64,000 nucleotides of DNA from Octopus vulgaris (taxonomy: Eukaryota): contig OX597814.1 in assembly GCA_951406725.2 (NCBI GenBank), forward strand, positions 198,400,001 to 198,464,000, in the 5' to 3' direction. This document shows, in pieces, positions 1-13,399 of this stretch. A program made the translations under genes and the position numbers. How positions within the stretch are numbered: the stretch's first letter is position 1; every line of letters starts with the position of its first letter. The notes beneath the pieces are model-generated. The model saw nothing but the letters and a program-made list of their open reading frames with translations, was not told where the DNA came from and did not search any database.

Positions 1-126
1 TCTGTCGAACATAATTCAAGGCAAGTCTGGTGGGATTTTATTCTTTGTCATGCTTCAGTTCCTCTGACTGTGGGGAATACATAAGGATCCCTGTCATACT
101 GGACTGCATCAGATTATTAACATGGT

Positions 127-259
127 GCAGGAGTGGCTGTGTAGTTAGTAGTTTCCATACCAACCACATGGTTCCGGGTTCAGTCCCACAGCGTAATACC
201 TTGGCCAAGTGTCTTCTATAGACTCGGGCCGACCAAAGCCTTGTGAGTGGATTTGGTAT

Positions 260-318
<59 letters not shown>

Positions 319-428
319 TGTGTGTGTGTGTGTATGTTTGTTGTGTGTGTTTGTCCCTCCAACATCGCTTGAGAACCGATGCTAGTGTGTTTACGTCCTC
401 GTAACTTAGCAGTTTGGCAAAAGAGACC
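127..428 (+). mobile_element. tRNA-derived SINE family A, 3'-truncated
   Basis: Head GCAGGAGTGGCTGTGT..GGTTCAGTCCC (A/B-box-like), CORE-like CCTTGGCCAAGTGTCTT and an internal (TA)n(TG)n tract. The same sequence recurs more than 10 times in the window. Confidence 0.85.
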
Positions 429-557
429 AGTGGTTACGGGTTCAGTCTCACTTAGTGGATCACTGGGCACTAACTGAGACTGAACCCGTAGCCATGTCGT
501 TGAAGAGAAAGCTTGTTACCATACAGCCACGCCCGTGTAAGTTGAAAAATATAAATC

Positions 558-702
558 TTAGATCGACCCAGTACGCAACTGGTACTTAAATTATCGACCC
601 CGAAAGGATGAAAGACAAAGTCGACCTCAGCGGAATTTGAACTCAGAACGTAAAGCGAAACGATATAAGCATTTCGCCCGGCATGCCAACGTTTCTGCCA
701 GC
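558..702 (-). mobile_element. SINE family B, partial
   Basis: Contains ATCGACCCCGAAAGGATGAAAGACAAAGTCGACCTC..GAATTTGAACTC, shared with many other copies. Confidence 0.85.
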
Positions 703-705
703 ATA

Positions 706-1086
706 TCTCTCTCTATATAAACGGCAGTTTGTCTGTGTGTGTGTCTGTGTGTCTGTTAGGTTGTACCCTCACCCTGACCACGGCTTTCAACCGATTCTGA
801 TGAAACTTGACACACACATAGCCCAATGTCATAATTCAAAACTAACGCAGCGAAAATTTTGAAAAGTTCCCCCAGTTCTGAAAAAAATCGATAAATCCGA
901 CATGGGGTCGAGAATCAGAAACACAAGCCACAGACTGTCTAGGGGACGCAACTCGACCTTTTTTACTCTCAAAAGAAATTTACCATTTTTTTCCCATTTT
1001 TTTGCTATTTTTTGGCTATAACTCTCTAAAAATGCTTTATAGTTATTTCCCTTACAAACCCGAGCAACGCCGGGCGATACTGCTAG
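706..1086 (+). mobile_element. Non-autonomous Helitron
   Basis: 5' A|TC start, subterminal hairpin CCCGAGCAACGCCGGG, 3' CTAG|T end, no TSD. Confidence 0.85.
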
Positions 1087-1099
1087 TAAATGCATAAAT

Positions 1100-1495
1100 G
1101 GATGGATGGAAGCACTCCGTCGGTTACGACGACGAGGGTTCCGGTTGATCCGAATCAACGGAACAGCCTGCTCGTGAAATTAACGTGTAAGTGGCTGAGC
1201 ACTCCACAGACACGTGTACCCTTAACGTAGTTCTCGGGGGTATTCAGCGTGACACAGAGAGTGACAAGGCCGGCCCTTTGAAATACAGGTACAACAGAAA
1301 CAGGAAGTAAGAGTGAGAGAGAAAGTTGTGGTGAAAGAGTACAGCAGGGATCACCACCATCCCCTGCCGGAGCCTCGTGGAGCTTTTTAGGTGTTTTCGC
1401 TCAATAAACACTCACAACGCCCGGTCTGGGAATCGAAACCGCGATCCTATGACCGCGAGTCCGCTGCCCTAACCACTGGGCCATTGCGCCTCCAC
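1100..1495 (-). mobile_element. tRNA-derived SINE family C, full length
   Basis: tRNA-like head GGAGGCGCAATGGCCCAGTGGTTAGGGC..GGTTTCGATTCC, (TCCA)n tail, 12-bp TSD AAATGCATAAAT at 1088-1099 and 1496-1507. Confidence 0.92.
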
Positions 1496-1751
1496 AAATG
1501 CATAAATACAGCGAGTGGAAACAAAAGCTGTAGTACGCGTGCTTATAATTCTTTCGTTCTCATACGGACATCTAGTCCAGCGAGAGGTTAATAATGTTTA
1601 TATTATACACGCACACACACATTGGCGCAGAAGTAAACACTTCTCCGGAAGTACACATATGTGTATATAAGCACATAATCGTGTCAGTATATATACAAGC
1701 TCACGCAAATTCACGCACACACTCATTTATACAAATTTCGAGTATCTCAGG

Positions 1752-2432
<681 letters not shown>

Positions 2433-2870
2433 CACATACGCATACACACGCGTGCGCACACATACACATATATATATGCGTACATACATTCAGATTGTGT
2501 CCAGAATTGGTTCTGGAAGATCATAGTTCAGGTTTGTAGAGAGAGTATAATTAGCTTTGATAGTGAGAAGCCCTACAGAGCTCATCCATCGTCTTCCCTC
2601 TTCCCCCACAAAACAAAAACACATATGTGCATGATAGAAACTGAAAAACCAATATGAATAGATGCAATAAACGAAGAAAAAGGTGGAAATAAGGAGAAAG
2701 GCAACGTTGCCAGGAAAACAAAATAGAAGGAAAAGATATTGAAATGTAAGGCATTGAAAAACGCCAAGTATCAAGAAGTGAATAAAAATTTGTTTTCTGA
2801 TTGAATCGTGTAGTTGAAACCTCCAGTAACAAAGGTTCCAGGAAGCTAGATTTTCCTAAAAATATATTAA

Positions 2871-3131
2871 ATTAGTAGTTATCGCCATACTAAAATGGCA
2901 GTCTATAAACATAAGACTAAAGCTGTCGCTGATTAGCTCCAAGAGGCCATCGCCTCTAGCTAGCTATATGACACACGAACCTGCGTCCATTACAACCTTC
3001 GAACAGTTGTAACGGACGCAGGTTCGTGTGTCATATAGCTAGCTAGAGGCGATGGCCTCTTGGAGCTAATCAGCGACAGCTTTAGTCTTATGTTTATAGA
3101 CTGCCATATTAGTATGGCGATAACTATTAAT
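2871..3131. repeat. Near-perfect foldback palindrome with ~125-bp arms
   Basis: TAGTTATCGCCATACTAA...TTACAAC pairs with GTTGTAA...TTAGTATGGCGATAACTA around a ~9-nt loop, with about 3 mismatches. Confidence 0.93.
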
Positions 3132-3302
3132 ATCCAGTAATGCTGCCGTAATCTCCTCTAGAGAGACTTAGTAATTTTAATATTTCTAATATTAAATTAG
3201 AATTTTTAAGAATTTACTAAACACTTTAGACTTTACTAATTGCTTTCTTTTAGTAAAAGTTACATACTCATAACAAATTAATAAGCTGTTTTCTTTATTT
3301 TA

Positions 3303-3358
<56 letters not shown>

Positions 3359-3466
3359 ATTTAGGAATGGTTATGTTGCCAGTTTAGCCAATAAAAACAC
3401 AGGTACTATATATTTGGTGTTAATTTGCTTCAGCTTTATTTTTTACATTAATCTTAATCTTATTTA

Positions 3467-3510
3467 GGCCAGAGTTCTTTCGTCACACTTCTGTGACCTC
3501 ATAAGTGGCC
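3467..3510 (-). ncRNA. Degenerate minimal hammerhead ribozyme in a PLE-like terminus
   Basis: ggcca-CTTATGA-ggtcac(agaagt)gtgac-GAAA-gaac-TC-tggcc. Stems I and II pair; the core has a G5>U change. Confidence 0.55.
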
Positions 3511-3831
3511 CTTTGCTTTCTTATTTGTGCGTCTCTTCTTACTAACGATCAGCCATTTTGTATTTTGTATTCTTATTGTATGTGTCTTTATTTGCGCATG
3601 CGTATGCGTATACCTCTGTGTGTCTATGTTTAGTTAGTGTGCGTGGGAAGTGCCTGTATTATCTGTATCCCCTGTTTGTATACGTTCGTGTAATTTGTTT
3701 TTGTTTATTTTGTTCATGTGTTTATACCTACTTATTATTTTTTTGTATTTAATTAAATTAAGAAAAAAAAAATTTGTTAATGTATATTAATGTATATATA
3801 ATCTCATCCTCGTCGACTAGCTTTTTTTTTT

Positions 3832-3983
3832 GTCCCCGTCACTTAGCGGTTCGGCAAAAGAGACCGATAGAATAAGTACTGGGCTTACAAAGAATAAGTC
3901 CTGGGGTCGATTTGCTCGACTAAAGGCGGTGCTCCAGCATGGCCGCAGTCAAATGTCTGAAACAAGTAAAAGAGTAAAAAGAG
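3832..3983 (+). mobile_element. SINE family A, 3' half
   Basis: CTTAGCGGTTCGGCAAAAGAGACCGATAG...GAAACAAGTAAAAGAGTAAAAAGAG. Confidence 0.85.
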
Positions 3984-4034
3984 TATATAGTTATTTAATT
4001 CCATTTGTTTATCTGTGTATTTTATTGTTTTTTA

Positions 4035-4117
<83 letters not shown>

Positions 4118-4984
4118 CTTAGTGTTGGGCTCATGATCTTGGTCTATGTGGTGTGTTGTGTGCTTGAGTGAAGCATAGCGTCGGCTCGATTAGTAGGTCA
4201 ACTGATACCAGAACGGAATAGGTTTTTTCCCCCCCAGAATGTGCTATTTTGTATCAAGATCGATACATAGTGGGATCGATTAGTGCCAGTAATATTCTGA
4301 TATCAACTCTCGATTATACCCAAGCTCTACATAATACTAGCTCCGTTCGCAAGGAATAAATCAATATTAAAAAAAAATAGTGTTACTTCTCAGAATATTT
4401 GTTCACATATATCTCAAGATAGGAATGTCCGTTATCTGATGGTTCTATACAAAAGTTTTTTTTCTTCCTTAGCCTTTATGGTAATAAAATCAACTTTAAG
4501 GAACACTTGAAGCCACTTGCTGCTTGCAACATTTCATTTTCTTTTGCTTATTGTCACGAAAGCCGCTATGACAATCATTCTATAAATGTCAAAAGTCAAG
4601 TCATATTTATTCCCCTTGGCTTTACAGATGTTGCTGTCATTCGTGTTGGAAAAAGCTATTTATCTGCTATCTTCCAGTTTTATAACAGTGTGAAAAGAAT
4701 ATGGACGATGTTGATAACATTCAGATTAACCCACGGAACTTTCATAACCTACCACAAACTTATAACTGTTTCGTATCACACAGTTCGTCCATCAACCTGT
4801 CTCCAATGTATCAGCTTTAATATTATCTTTTTTAGGTTTTTCAATTAAGAAAATATATTTTGCCAAAATGTGGCCATTTTCCATTTCAGCGTCTTAAAAC
4901 TTAATCTCGAAAACATATAAGATATGCTTGTGAATAATTTTTGTGAAAATTACAATGATCTTCACAACCAAATTGAATGTTTAA

Positions 4985-5410
4985 GCGGATCTTTTCGGTT
5001 TGAACGGCAGTTTTTAACATAATTTCTAGTTAACTAAACACTTTTAAACTTCGTATACTGGTAGAATGCGTTTATAAAACATCTTTTTCTCTTGGCTTTA
5101 TTGAGAAAATTCTATAGTTTGTAAGATATTTGTTCTTTTTTTTCTTCCATTTCTGCAATTTCAACCAATCACTGACGTCCATTGAGTTAAAAAACATTCT
5201 GTACCGTATGAAAATGTCCCTCGTTTAAGAAACAGATTGGGTTTATTTACATTTGTGAAGAAAAAAAGATACCCATTCCCCACCCCTAACCCTAACTAAC
5301 CCTAAAAGAGATTGAAATGCAATAGATCGATTATAGGGTCATAATTATGGGTGACAATTTCATATGACACCGCTAGAAGAAAAACTGCCGTTCAAACCGA
5401 AAAGATCCGT
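4985..5410. mobile_element. MITE with 30-bp TIRs and TTAA flanks
   Basis: CGGATCTTTTCGGTTTGAACGGCAGTTTTT (4986-5015) is inverted at 5380-5409; TTAA at 4981-4984 and 5411-5414. Confidence 0.88.
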
Positions 5411-5549
5411 TTAATCGTAAAAATGTCTCAAGTTACTAAAACTCAGCGACTTTGATTTCGTTAAAGTAAGTTGTCTCGTGCTCTAGATTTTCTTTAGAAT
5501 TTTAGCTGTAGTTAAAAAACAAATATGCTGAAACTCATCTGTAAATAAT

Positions 5550-5975
5550 CTTTTCTACATCGTGCACAAAGCCCGAAATTTTTGGAGAGGGTACCAGTCA
5601 ATTAGATCGACCCCTGTACGTAACTGATACTTATTTTATCGACCCCGAAAGGATCAAAGGCAACTGCGACCTCAGCGGAATTTGAACTCAGAACGTAAAG
5701 ACAGACGAAATACTGGTATTTCGCCCGGCATGCTAACGTTTCTTATTTCTTTATTGCCTACAAGGGGCTAAACATAGATGGGACAAACAAGGACAGACAA
5801 AGGGATTAAATCGATTACATCGACCCCAGTGCGTAACTGGTACGTAATTTATCGACCCCGAAAGGATGAAAGGCAAAGTCGACCTGGGCGGAATTTGAAC
5901 TCAGAACGTAACGGCAGACGAAATACGGCTAAGCATTTCGTCCGGCACGCTAACGTTTCTGCCAGCTCGCCGCCT
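5550..5975 (-). mobile_element. Two tandem SINE B units
   Basis: Two copies of the GACCCCGAAAGGAT..GAATTTGAACTCAGAACG core with different 3' tails. Confidence 0.88.
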
Positions 5976-6063
5976 TCTCATCTATAAATAATTAAATTCT
6001 TAATAGCTTCTACTGGCATGTGAAATAAATTAGATAAAAAAGAGAACAAGGACAAAGCTGAAT

Positions 6064-6106
<43 letters not shown>

Positions 6107-6379
6107 GAGAGAGAGTGAGAAATAGAAGAGGAAGAGGGAAACCAAGAAAGTGGAAAGAAATTAAATGAGAAAAAGAAAAGACAAAATGGTGAATGAGTGG
6201 GAGGTAGGGGTGGGGGCAGGAGGGAATATAATGTGTGTGTGTATGTGTATTATGCCAATGTATGTATGTATGTGTTAGGATTGCATCTACGTGGGGACGG
6301 TAGTCATGTATGTATGTATGCATGTATGTATGTATGTATGCATGGGTATATGTGTATGCATATATGCGTTTGCGTGAGT

Positions 6380-7280
6380 GTGTGTACTAGATGATTTGTA
6401 TACGCTTAAATGCAGTATTTGTGTTACTGTGTATGTATTTGTTTGTATGTGTGTGTTTATGTGTATGCTTGTATGTGTGGAGGTGCGTATGTGTGTATGC
6501 ATTTATATGTGTGAGTGTTTGTGTATGTGCGTTTGTGTGAGTGTTTCTGTGTATTTCAGCATTGTGTGTTTGCGTTTGTGTGCGTTTACCTCTGTATGTG
6601 TATCTGCGTATGTTAATCTGTTTGTGTGTATGTGTTTGTGTATGCGTACGTGTTTGCGAATGTTTGTATGTGTGTGTGTGTATGCATATGTGCATTTGTA
6701 TGTATGTGTAAATCTTCGTGTGTGTGTGTATATGCACATGTGCGTTTGTATGACTGTGTACATCTTTGTGTGTGTGTGAGTATGCATATGTGCGTTTGTA
6801 CATCCTTGTGTGTGTGTATGCATATCCGCGTTTGTATGTCTCTGCACATTTGTGTGTGTGTGTGTGTGTGTGTGTATGCATATGTGCGTTTGTATGTCTA
6901 TGTACATCCTTGTGTGTGTGTGTGTGTGTGTGTATGCATATGTGCGTTTGTATGTCTGTGTACATCCTTGTGTGTGTGTGTGTGTGTATGTATATGTGTG
7001 TTTGTATGGCTGTGTACATACTTGTGTGTATGTGAGTATTCAAATGTGCGTTTGTACATCCTTGTGTGTGTTTGTATGCATATGTGCATTTGTATGTCTG
7101 TGTACATCCTTGTATGCCTATGTGTATGCGTATGTGCATTTGTATGTCTGTGTACATCCTTGTGTGTGTGTATGCATATGTGCATTTGTATGTCTGTGTA
7201 CATCCTTGTGCCTATGTGTATGCATATGTGCATTTGTATGTCTATGTATACATCTTTGTTTGTGTGTGTGTATGTGCTCC
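6380..7280. repeat. TG-rich minisatellite, ~40-45-bp unit
   Basis: Repeated GTGTATGCATATGTGCGTTTGTATGTCTGTGTACATCCTTGT(GT)n, clearest at 6680-7270. Confidence 0.92.
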
Positions 7281-8098
7281 TGTTAGCTGGTTTGTATGCG
7301 CATGAATGCAGTGTTATACAACAATGAATGGCAGTTGGAAAGTAGTAAAAACATCCATTGAACTGGATGGACCGGAGGCTGAAGTTGATTCTTTCTTGGT
7401 TTCCATTTGATAGCATTTCAAATATTCCTGCTATGGCTTTAATTTATAATACCAAGAACAACAGAAATAAACATTTTCATGTATTCCAACGCCAACAGCG
7501 TCACGGATCTTTCAAAATCGTATGGGCTTTGTTAACATTTAAAAAACTTATTTTATTTCTTGTTTATCACCTTTCGTTGCTTTGCTTCTATATTTTAAAA
7601 ATTTAAATCTAAGTTGGTTTTTATCATTTAAGCAATTAAGAGTGGCTTACAAATTGTTTAATTAACCAGTAATTACGCTGATTATTTTCGTATCGATTTG
7701 AACAGAAGACTTAATATCGAAAGTGTTAGTTCAGATTCGGTCGTCGTGAAAATATACGCGGGAAACGAAATGGCGTTTGATAAATAAGCGCGCACATTTC
7801 TTTTCCTTGCTTTCGTTCCCTTATCTTTATCAAATTCACCAATTACTAAAAACACTCACGTTTCTGTGGATTGTTCTGAAAACGAAATTCGAATACACAC
7901 AGTTGCGTATTTTATTTATTTACTTATTTATATTTAGTTTGGTAGAAGAAAAATCAGATTTCGCGAAATACTTTTTACGATATTGGTAAAAAACGAAGTG
8001 TATTATTATTATTATTACTGTTTTTCTTTTAATCAATCATATCATTAAGCGGGGAAAAAGTCGTATTGAGAATTTGATAATTGATGCTAGAAAGTTGA

Positions 8099-8156
<58 letters not shown>

Positions 8157-8356
8157 TAACTACAAAATTAGAGAATGGAGAAACATACTTAAATCAGTAA
8201 AACATCAACTATCCGATGATACTCAATCCATACTTTAATACACCATTACATATGAGTAAAGGCAATATATAAAATGAAATGAGATATACAGTAATAGTAA
8301 AAAGATAAAGAGATATAAGTAAAAAATTTCAAATATAATATGCAAATAAATCAAAA

Positions 8357-8465
8357 CTGACAGCTGTTTCGGCAGTGAGGACAGTCATACCTCATATAAC
8401 CTATAAGCCATAAAGGCAGGTATAAATGAGGCATTAACAAGGATGCCCCACGGCCTCTTCAGAGA
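8357..8465 (-). ncRNA. Hammerhead ribozyme motif (type I, long stem II insert)
   Basis: ct-CTGAAGA-ggc...(~80 nt)...gcc-GAAAC-agct-GTC-ag. Intact core and palindromic stem III. Confidence 0.7.
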
Positions 8466-8804
8466 ATTAAATTAAATTTGTTATAATAGTGAAAAATATT
8501 ATATAATCATATACATATAAATATAAAAATATAAAAATGTAAAATATAAAAACTTATACATCATAATGCTACACTTATATAATATAATACACATTTGTAC
8601 AAAAAAGGAAGGTAAACAGAACAAAATAAAACAAAATATATAACAGTGTATATATTAATATTAATAAGTACCGATATTATACATATTTGGCTAATAGTTT
8701 TTTTTATAAAAAAAAGGCTAACACATATGGAGATGAAAAATAATAATTAAATTCGTGGTACAGTTCATAAAATTCTAAAGCTATAAAAGTTAATAAAAAT
8801 TACT

Positions 8805-8859
<55 letters not shown>

Positions 8860-9060
8860 TAATAAAAATAGATACAGTTAAGTTAGCACCAAGTCCATAC
8901 TTTCAAGATCGAAATAACTATGTATTAATTTTGTTGGGTACCTATCTAGCAGTATATTGGATATATATTATCCCATGGTGGGTTGAATTTTCAACCCCTA
9001 TCTCATTTTATATACATATATATATATATGCCGTTCAAAATAAATAAATATATATATATA

Positions 9061-9572
9061 CTAGCAGTATCGCCCGGCGTTGCTCGGGTTTGTAAGGGAA
9101 ATAACTATATAAGCATTTTTAGAGAGTTACTTCCCTTATAGATGCCAATTCGGGCTTTCTTAGCCATTTCTGTTTTGGTGTCTTCAAGCCATGAACTCGT
9201 TGTTCTAAAAGAACGCTGGTCTCCTTGACAACGCTTTACGACGTTGATTTCCTTACACTCTCTTCCCCACAGCTTCACGAGGGAGGGAAGAAGGGGAGAA
9301 GCAAACAGGTGCAGGTGTGACCATGGACGCCAACTCCACCGCCATCGACACACAAAAAATTATGCATTAAAATGGAATAAAAAATGATGTTAAATTATTT
9401 TTAAAATCGTACACTCATCGTAGACACGCGCTAATACCCAGACCGGCTTGATATGAATCACGACTATAAGATACCCGAATTTGGTTAAACTGCACCGCAA
9501 AATGTGGGAGTAGTTAGGAATCTAAATCGAAGGGGACAGACACTCACACAACTACAGTTTTATATATATAGA
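9061..9572 (-). mobile_element. Non-autonomous Helitron
   Basis: Minus strand starts TCTATATATATAAAACTG and ends CCCGAGCAACGCCGGGCGATACTGCTAG|T. The last ~48 bp match the 706-1086 copy. Confidence 0.85.
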
Positions 9573-9591
9573 TATACATACACACATACAC

Positions 9592-9630
<39 letters not shown>

Positions 9631-9876
9631 CACACACACAAAATGGGACAAGAACGCAAAATATCCAGACAGACGATACAAAGAAAACAAGGACGGTCAT
9701 TTCGAGTTTTCTATCCTCTGTCGAGTTTCAGATTATCTTTGCAACTTCAGCGGGTAATACTCGAGATTGCTCCAATCTGGCCATTAGATTCCTTGGAAGA
9801 AAGCAGCGAATGTATACGAAAACAAGGACGGATAACAACAGAGAAATTAGCTGGACATAACAAGTGTAGCTCATTA

Positions 9877-10095
9877 GGGCCGGCCCGTCGCAGGTGAGCT
9901 GCAAGATGCAGGAGGAAAGAGTGAGAGAAAGTTGTGGCGAAAGAGTCAGCAGAAGTTCGCCATTACCTTCTGCCAGAGCCGCGTGGAGCTTAGGTGCTTA
10001 GCTCATAAACACACACATCGCCCGGTCTGAGATTCGAACTCGTGATCCCTCGAATGCGAGTCCGCTGCTCTATCCACTAGGCCATATGCCTCCAC
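9877..10095 (-). mobile_element. SINE family C variant
   Basis: tRNA-like head GGAGGCATATGGCCTAGTGG..GTTCGAATCTC plus the shared central CTCTTTCGCCACAACTTTCTCTCACTC. Confidence 0.82.
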
Positions 10096-10138
10096 ATATA
10101 TACATATACATATATGCATATATATAAATACATGTATG

Positions 10139-10505
10139 GGAGTACGGGAAATCCGCGCTACATATGTTTCATAGCGAGCGGAACCTCAAAAGTGGTAAAA
10201 CCCAAGTGAGATGTATACGGTCGGCCCCTCTTTAGGCCAAGAAGGTATATGTTGACGCAGAGGTAATACATACAAGATTCAATCAGAATGTGTGGAGGGC
10301 ACAATGTATCATACTGTGCTCTCCACACATTCTGATTGAATCTTCCTTGCGTCAGAATGTACCTCCTTGCGACAATGTAGCCTTTAATCTAATCAAGATA
10401 TCCTTGGCCTGAAGAGTGGCCGACCGTATACACCTCACTTAGATTTTACCACTTCTAAGGTGCCACTCGCTATGAAACATATATAGCCCGGATTTCCCGT
10501 ACTCC
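10139..10505. mobile_element. Diverged inverted-repeat element with an HHR-like motif in each arm
   Basis: Arms at ~10139-10250 and ~10402-10505, with a nested hairpin at ~10273-10344. Right arm reads ggc-CTGAAGA-gtggc..gccac..GAAAC-atat-ATA-gcc; the left arm has GTA at that site. Confidence 0.75.
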
Positions 10506-10777
10506 ATTCCGTAACTCTTGTATTCTTTTTCGAACACTCGGCAACCCTGGTTGCCTACCGAGGAATATACAAAGAACGTTTTTCAGCTCATCGTTCTTCG
10601 ATAAAAGAAAGAAATCCACAACCTTCTGTCTTAATAAACCACCATTGTTCCTGAAAGTTGTTTTTTAATATTTCCTACGGATTGCTCGAAGCCAACCTTT
10701 TTCTTATACTTCGATCCATGGATCTTATATGTGTGTGTGTATGAATGTATGTAAGTGTGCATATATATGTATATATG

Positions 10778-11073
10778 CACATTATTCAGTTTATTTCAAG
10801 ATTTCTTGCCAATAGAGAAAGAACCGGTTTCTAACCAAAATCTAAGGTTCCTTCATTGGAATTCCAACATCAACTACAGGGTATTTTTATGTATGAATAT
10901 ATGTATGTGCAGATTTGTATGTTTTTATGTATGTATTGTCATTTATATAGTGGCATATGAAGATATGCTCATATATATTTAAATGATAAACTTCTGGAAA
11001 GTTTTACTGATTTTTACAGTTCCAGTGATGGACTGGATCCGTGGTCTTCGAATTAACTTTTTTCCTTTCTGGT
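10778..11073 (-). mobile_element. 3' end of an R4/Dong-type LINE, same family as 56700-57680
   Basis: Reverse complement matches the ORF end at 57325-57377 (CATCACTGGAACTGTAAAAATC..CCAGAAGTTTATCATTTAA) and the 3' UTR at 57585-57680. Confidence 0.75.
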
Positions 11074-11127
11074 TTGTGTGTGTGTGTGTGTGTGTTTGCT
11101 TGCATGCATATATATATATAAGGTACC

Positions 11128-11357
11128 TATTTCTTTATTACCCACTAGGGGCTAAACACAGAGGGGACAAACAAGGACAGACATAGGTATTAAGTCGATT
11201 ACATCGACCCCAGTGCGTAACTGGTACTTAATTTCTCGACCCCGAAAGGATGAAAGGCAAAGTCGACCTCGGCGGAATTTGAACTCACAACGTAACGCAG
11301 ACGAAATACCGCTAAGCATTTCGCCCGGCGTGCTAACGTTTCTGCCAGCTCGCCGCC
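11128..11357 (-). mobile_element. SINE family B, full-length monomer
   Basis: Complete head GGCGGCGAGCTGGCAGAAACG to tail AAAGAAATA, flanked by duplicated TATATATATATAAGGTACC. Confidence 0.92.
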
Positions 11358-11379
11358 TTATATATATATAAGGTACCAT

Positions 11380-11525
11380 CCACTCCATCTAAATTCAAGA
11401 CCAGGTACTGCTATACTCTAGGGTTCAAAGGCCCATAGTTCTTCAATGCTCTGCCACAAAATTAAGAAATCTGCATAAAGTGGAAGTTGATGTCTTCAAA
11501 AAGGAATTATCTTGCTTCTTTGAGA
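11380..11525 (+). mobile_element. Decayed CR1-like LINE C-terminal fragment
   Basis: Translates, with a stop and frameshift, as LGFKGP*FFNALPQ..RNLHKVEVDVFKKEL, which resembles CR1/L2 ORF2 ends. Confidence 0.5.
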
Positions 11526-12188
11526 AGGTGAACTTTGTAATGTTGGCGACAGACAAGTAGGTCCTCCTGCAATTTCACAGATACTGTTTCTGTGCAGATC
11601 TTTAACCTTTACTTCTTGCAACATTTTAACATCGTAGTCGTTTTTACACTGCGCAGACACAGCTTAAAAGTGAAAGTGAAATTAATTACAAGCAGTCGCG
11701 AAATAGAAACTTATTTGAAACAACTGTTGAGACGAGTACATCTGTATTTGCTCTTTTGAAGCACATAATTGAAGTATCGTTAATCCAATCAGTTACTTCG
11801 TGATGTCCGTTTTCTTACTTCAGTTTTTATTTCACAGCCGTCAGTTACTTTCGGTAAACTCTTTAAAGATACCGAATTTCCAAATAGATTTTATTCCGTC
11901 GCCTGTCATTCATCTCGCTTTTGTTATGTTTATTTTATTTTTCATTATATTCGTTCTTTTTAATCAATAACCAAATACTATTATATTTGCGGATCAACTT
12001 TCCTCATAAATCACAATTAAACCGTAGCTTTTAATTTCTTTTTGTTTTCTTCAATTAAAGTCACAACTCTACACATATCTGCCTTAATTGTAAATACTGA
12101 TCAGACAGTCTTGCACTCACCAAGACAGTTCTCAGTTTTTACAATGATTTATTTCTTACTGTTTCCTATGTATTACATTTTATCAGTA

Positions 12189-12587
12189 TGCCGCTACGTT
12201 CTTAGTTCAAATTCCGCCGAGGTCGATTTTGCCTTTCATCCGTTCGGGGTCGATTAAATAAGTACCTATTTCTTTATTACCCACAAGGGGCTAAACACAG
12301 AGGGGGACAAACAAGGACAGACATAGGTATTAAGTCGATTACATCGGCCCCAGTGCGACCCCGAAAGGATGAAAGGCAAAGTCGACCTCGGCGGAATTTG
12401 AACTTACAACGTAACGACAGACGAAATACGGCTACGCATTTCGCCCGGCGTGCTAACGTTTCTGCCAGCTCGCCGCCGATTAAATAAGTACCAGTTACGC
12501 ACTGGGGTTGATATAATCGACTTGGTCCGTTTGTCTGTCCTTGTTTGTCCTCTCTTCGTTTGGCCCCTTGTGGGTAGTAAAGAACTA
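12189..12587. mobile_element. SINE B (+) with a SINE B (-) nested inside
   Basis: Inner copy 12267-12476 is flanked by the 16-bp TSD CGATTAAATAAGTACC (12251-12266, 12477-12492). Confidence 0.9.
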
Positions 12588-12859
12588 GAATTTCGTTCCC
12601 CACCTCGGGTATATTTTAGCTATTATGTTTTACCACCGCTCTCTCTCCCTCTCTCATTATCTCTCTCCTTCTCTCTCTTCATCTCTCTCCCTCTCTCTCT
12701 TTATCTCTCTCCCTCTCTCTCTTTATCTCTCTCCCTCTCTCTTTATCTCCCTCCCTCTCTCTCTTTATCTCTCTCCCTCCCTCTCACTCTGTCCCTCACT
12801 ATATAATTCTATGAGAGGCTAGGAAAAACTTTTAATGGTATTTCTTGAGATGCTTTACC

Positions 12860-13256
12860 CTCTTCACTTGTTTCAGTCATTTGACTGCGGTCATGCTGGA
12901 GCACCGCCTTTTAGTCGAGCAAATCGACCCTAGGACTTATTCTTTGTAAGCCTAATACTTATTCTATCGGTCTCTTTTGCTGAACCGCTAAGTTACGGGG
13001 ACGTAAACACACCAGCATTGGTTGTCAAGCAATGTGTGGGGGGGGGGGAAATACAGATACACAAACAAATACATACATGTATACACATATAAACGACGAG
13101 CTTCTTCCAGTTTCCGTCTACCAAATCCACTCACAAGGCTTTGGTCAGCCCGAGGCTATTGTAGAAGACATTTGACCGAGGTGCCACGCAGTGGGACTGA
13201 ACCCGAAACCATGTGGTTGGTAAGCAAGCTATTTACCATGCAGCTACTCCTACGCC
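12860..13256 (-). mobile_element. SINE family A, full length
   Basis: Matches the family from head to tail. Confidence 0.9.
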
Positions 13257-13399
13257 TATCCACATACCCACTCCTACGCTTTGCTGATTATTCTACAAAA
13301 TCTTTTTTGTATGCTGATATTTTTATTCCCAGTGCTAACTTGTAGCTGACCGTTGCCTCTAACTGGCAATGGTCAGTTCCAAGCTAGCTGACCATTTTA

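Noticed and set aside
1420-1495. tRNA gene
   Set aside because: This is the tRNA-like head of a TSD-flanked SINE; all tRNA-like motifs seen are SINE heads.
7696-7787. Short plus-strand frame RLNIESVSSDSVVVKIYAGNEMAFDK*
   Set aside because: No recognisable homology and no linked exon.
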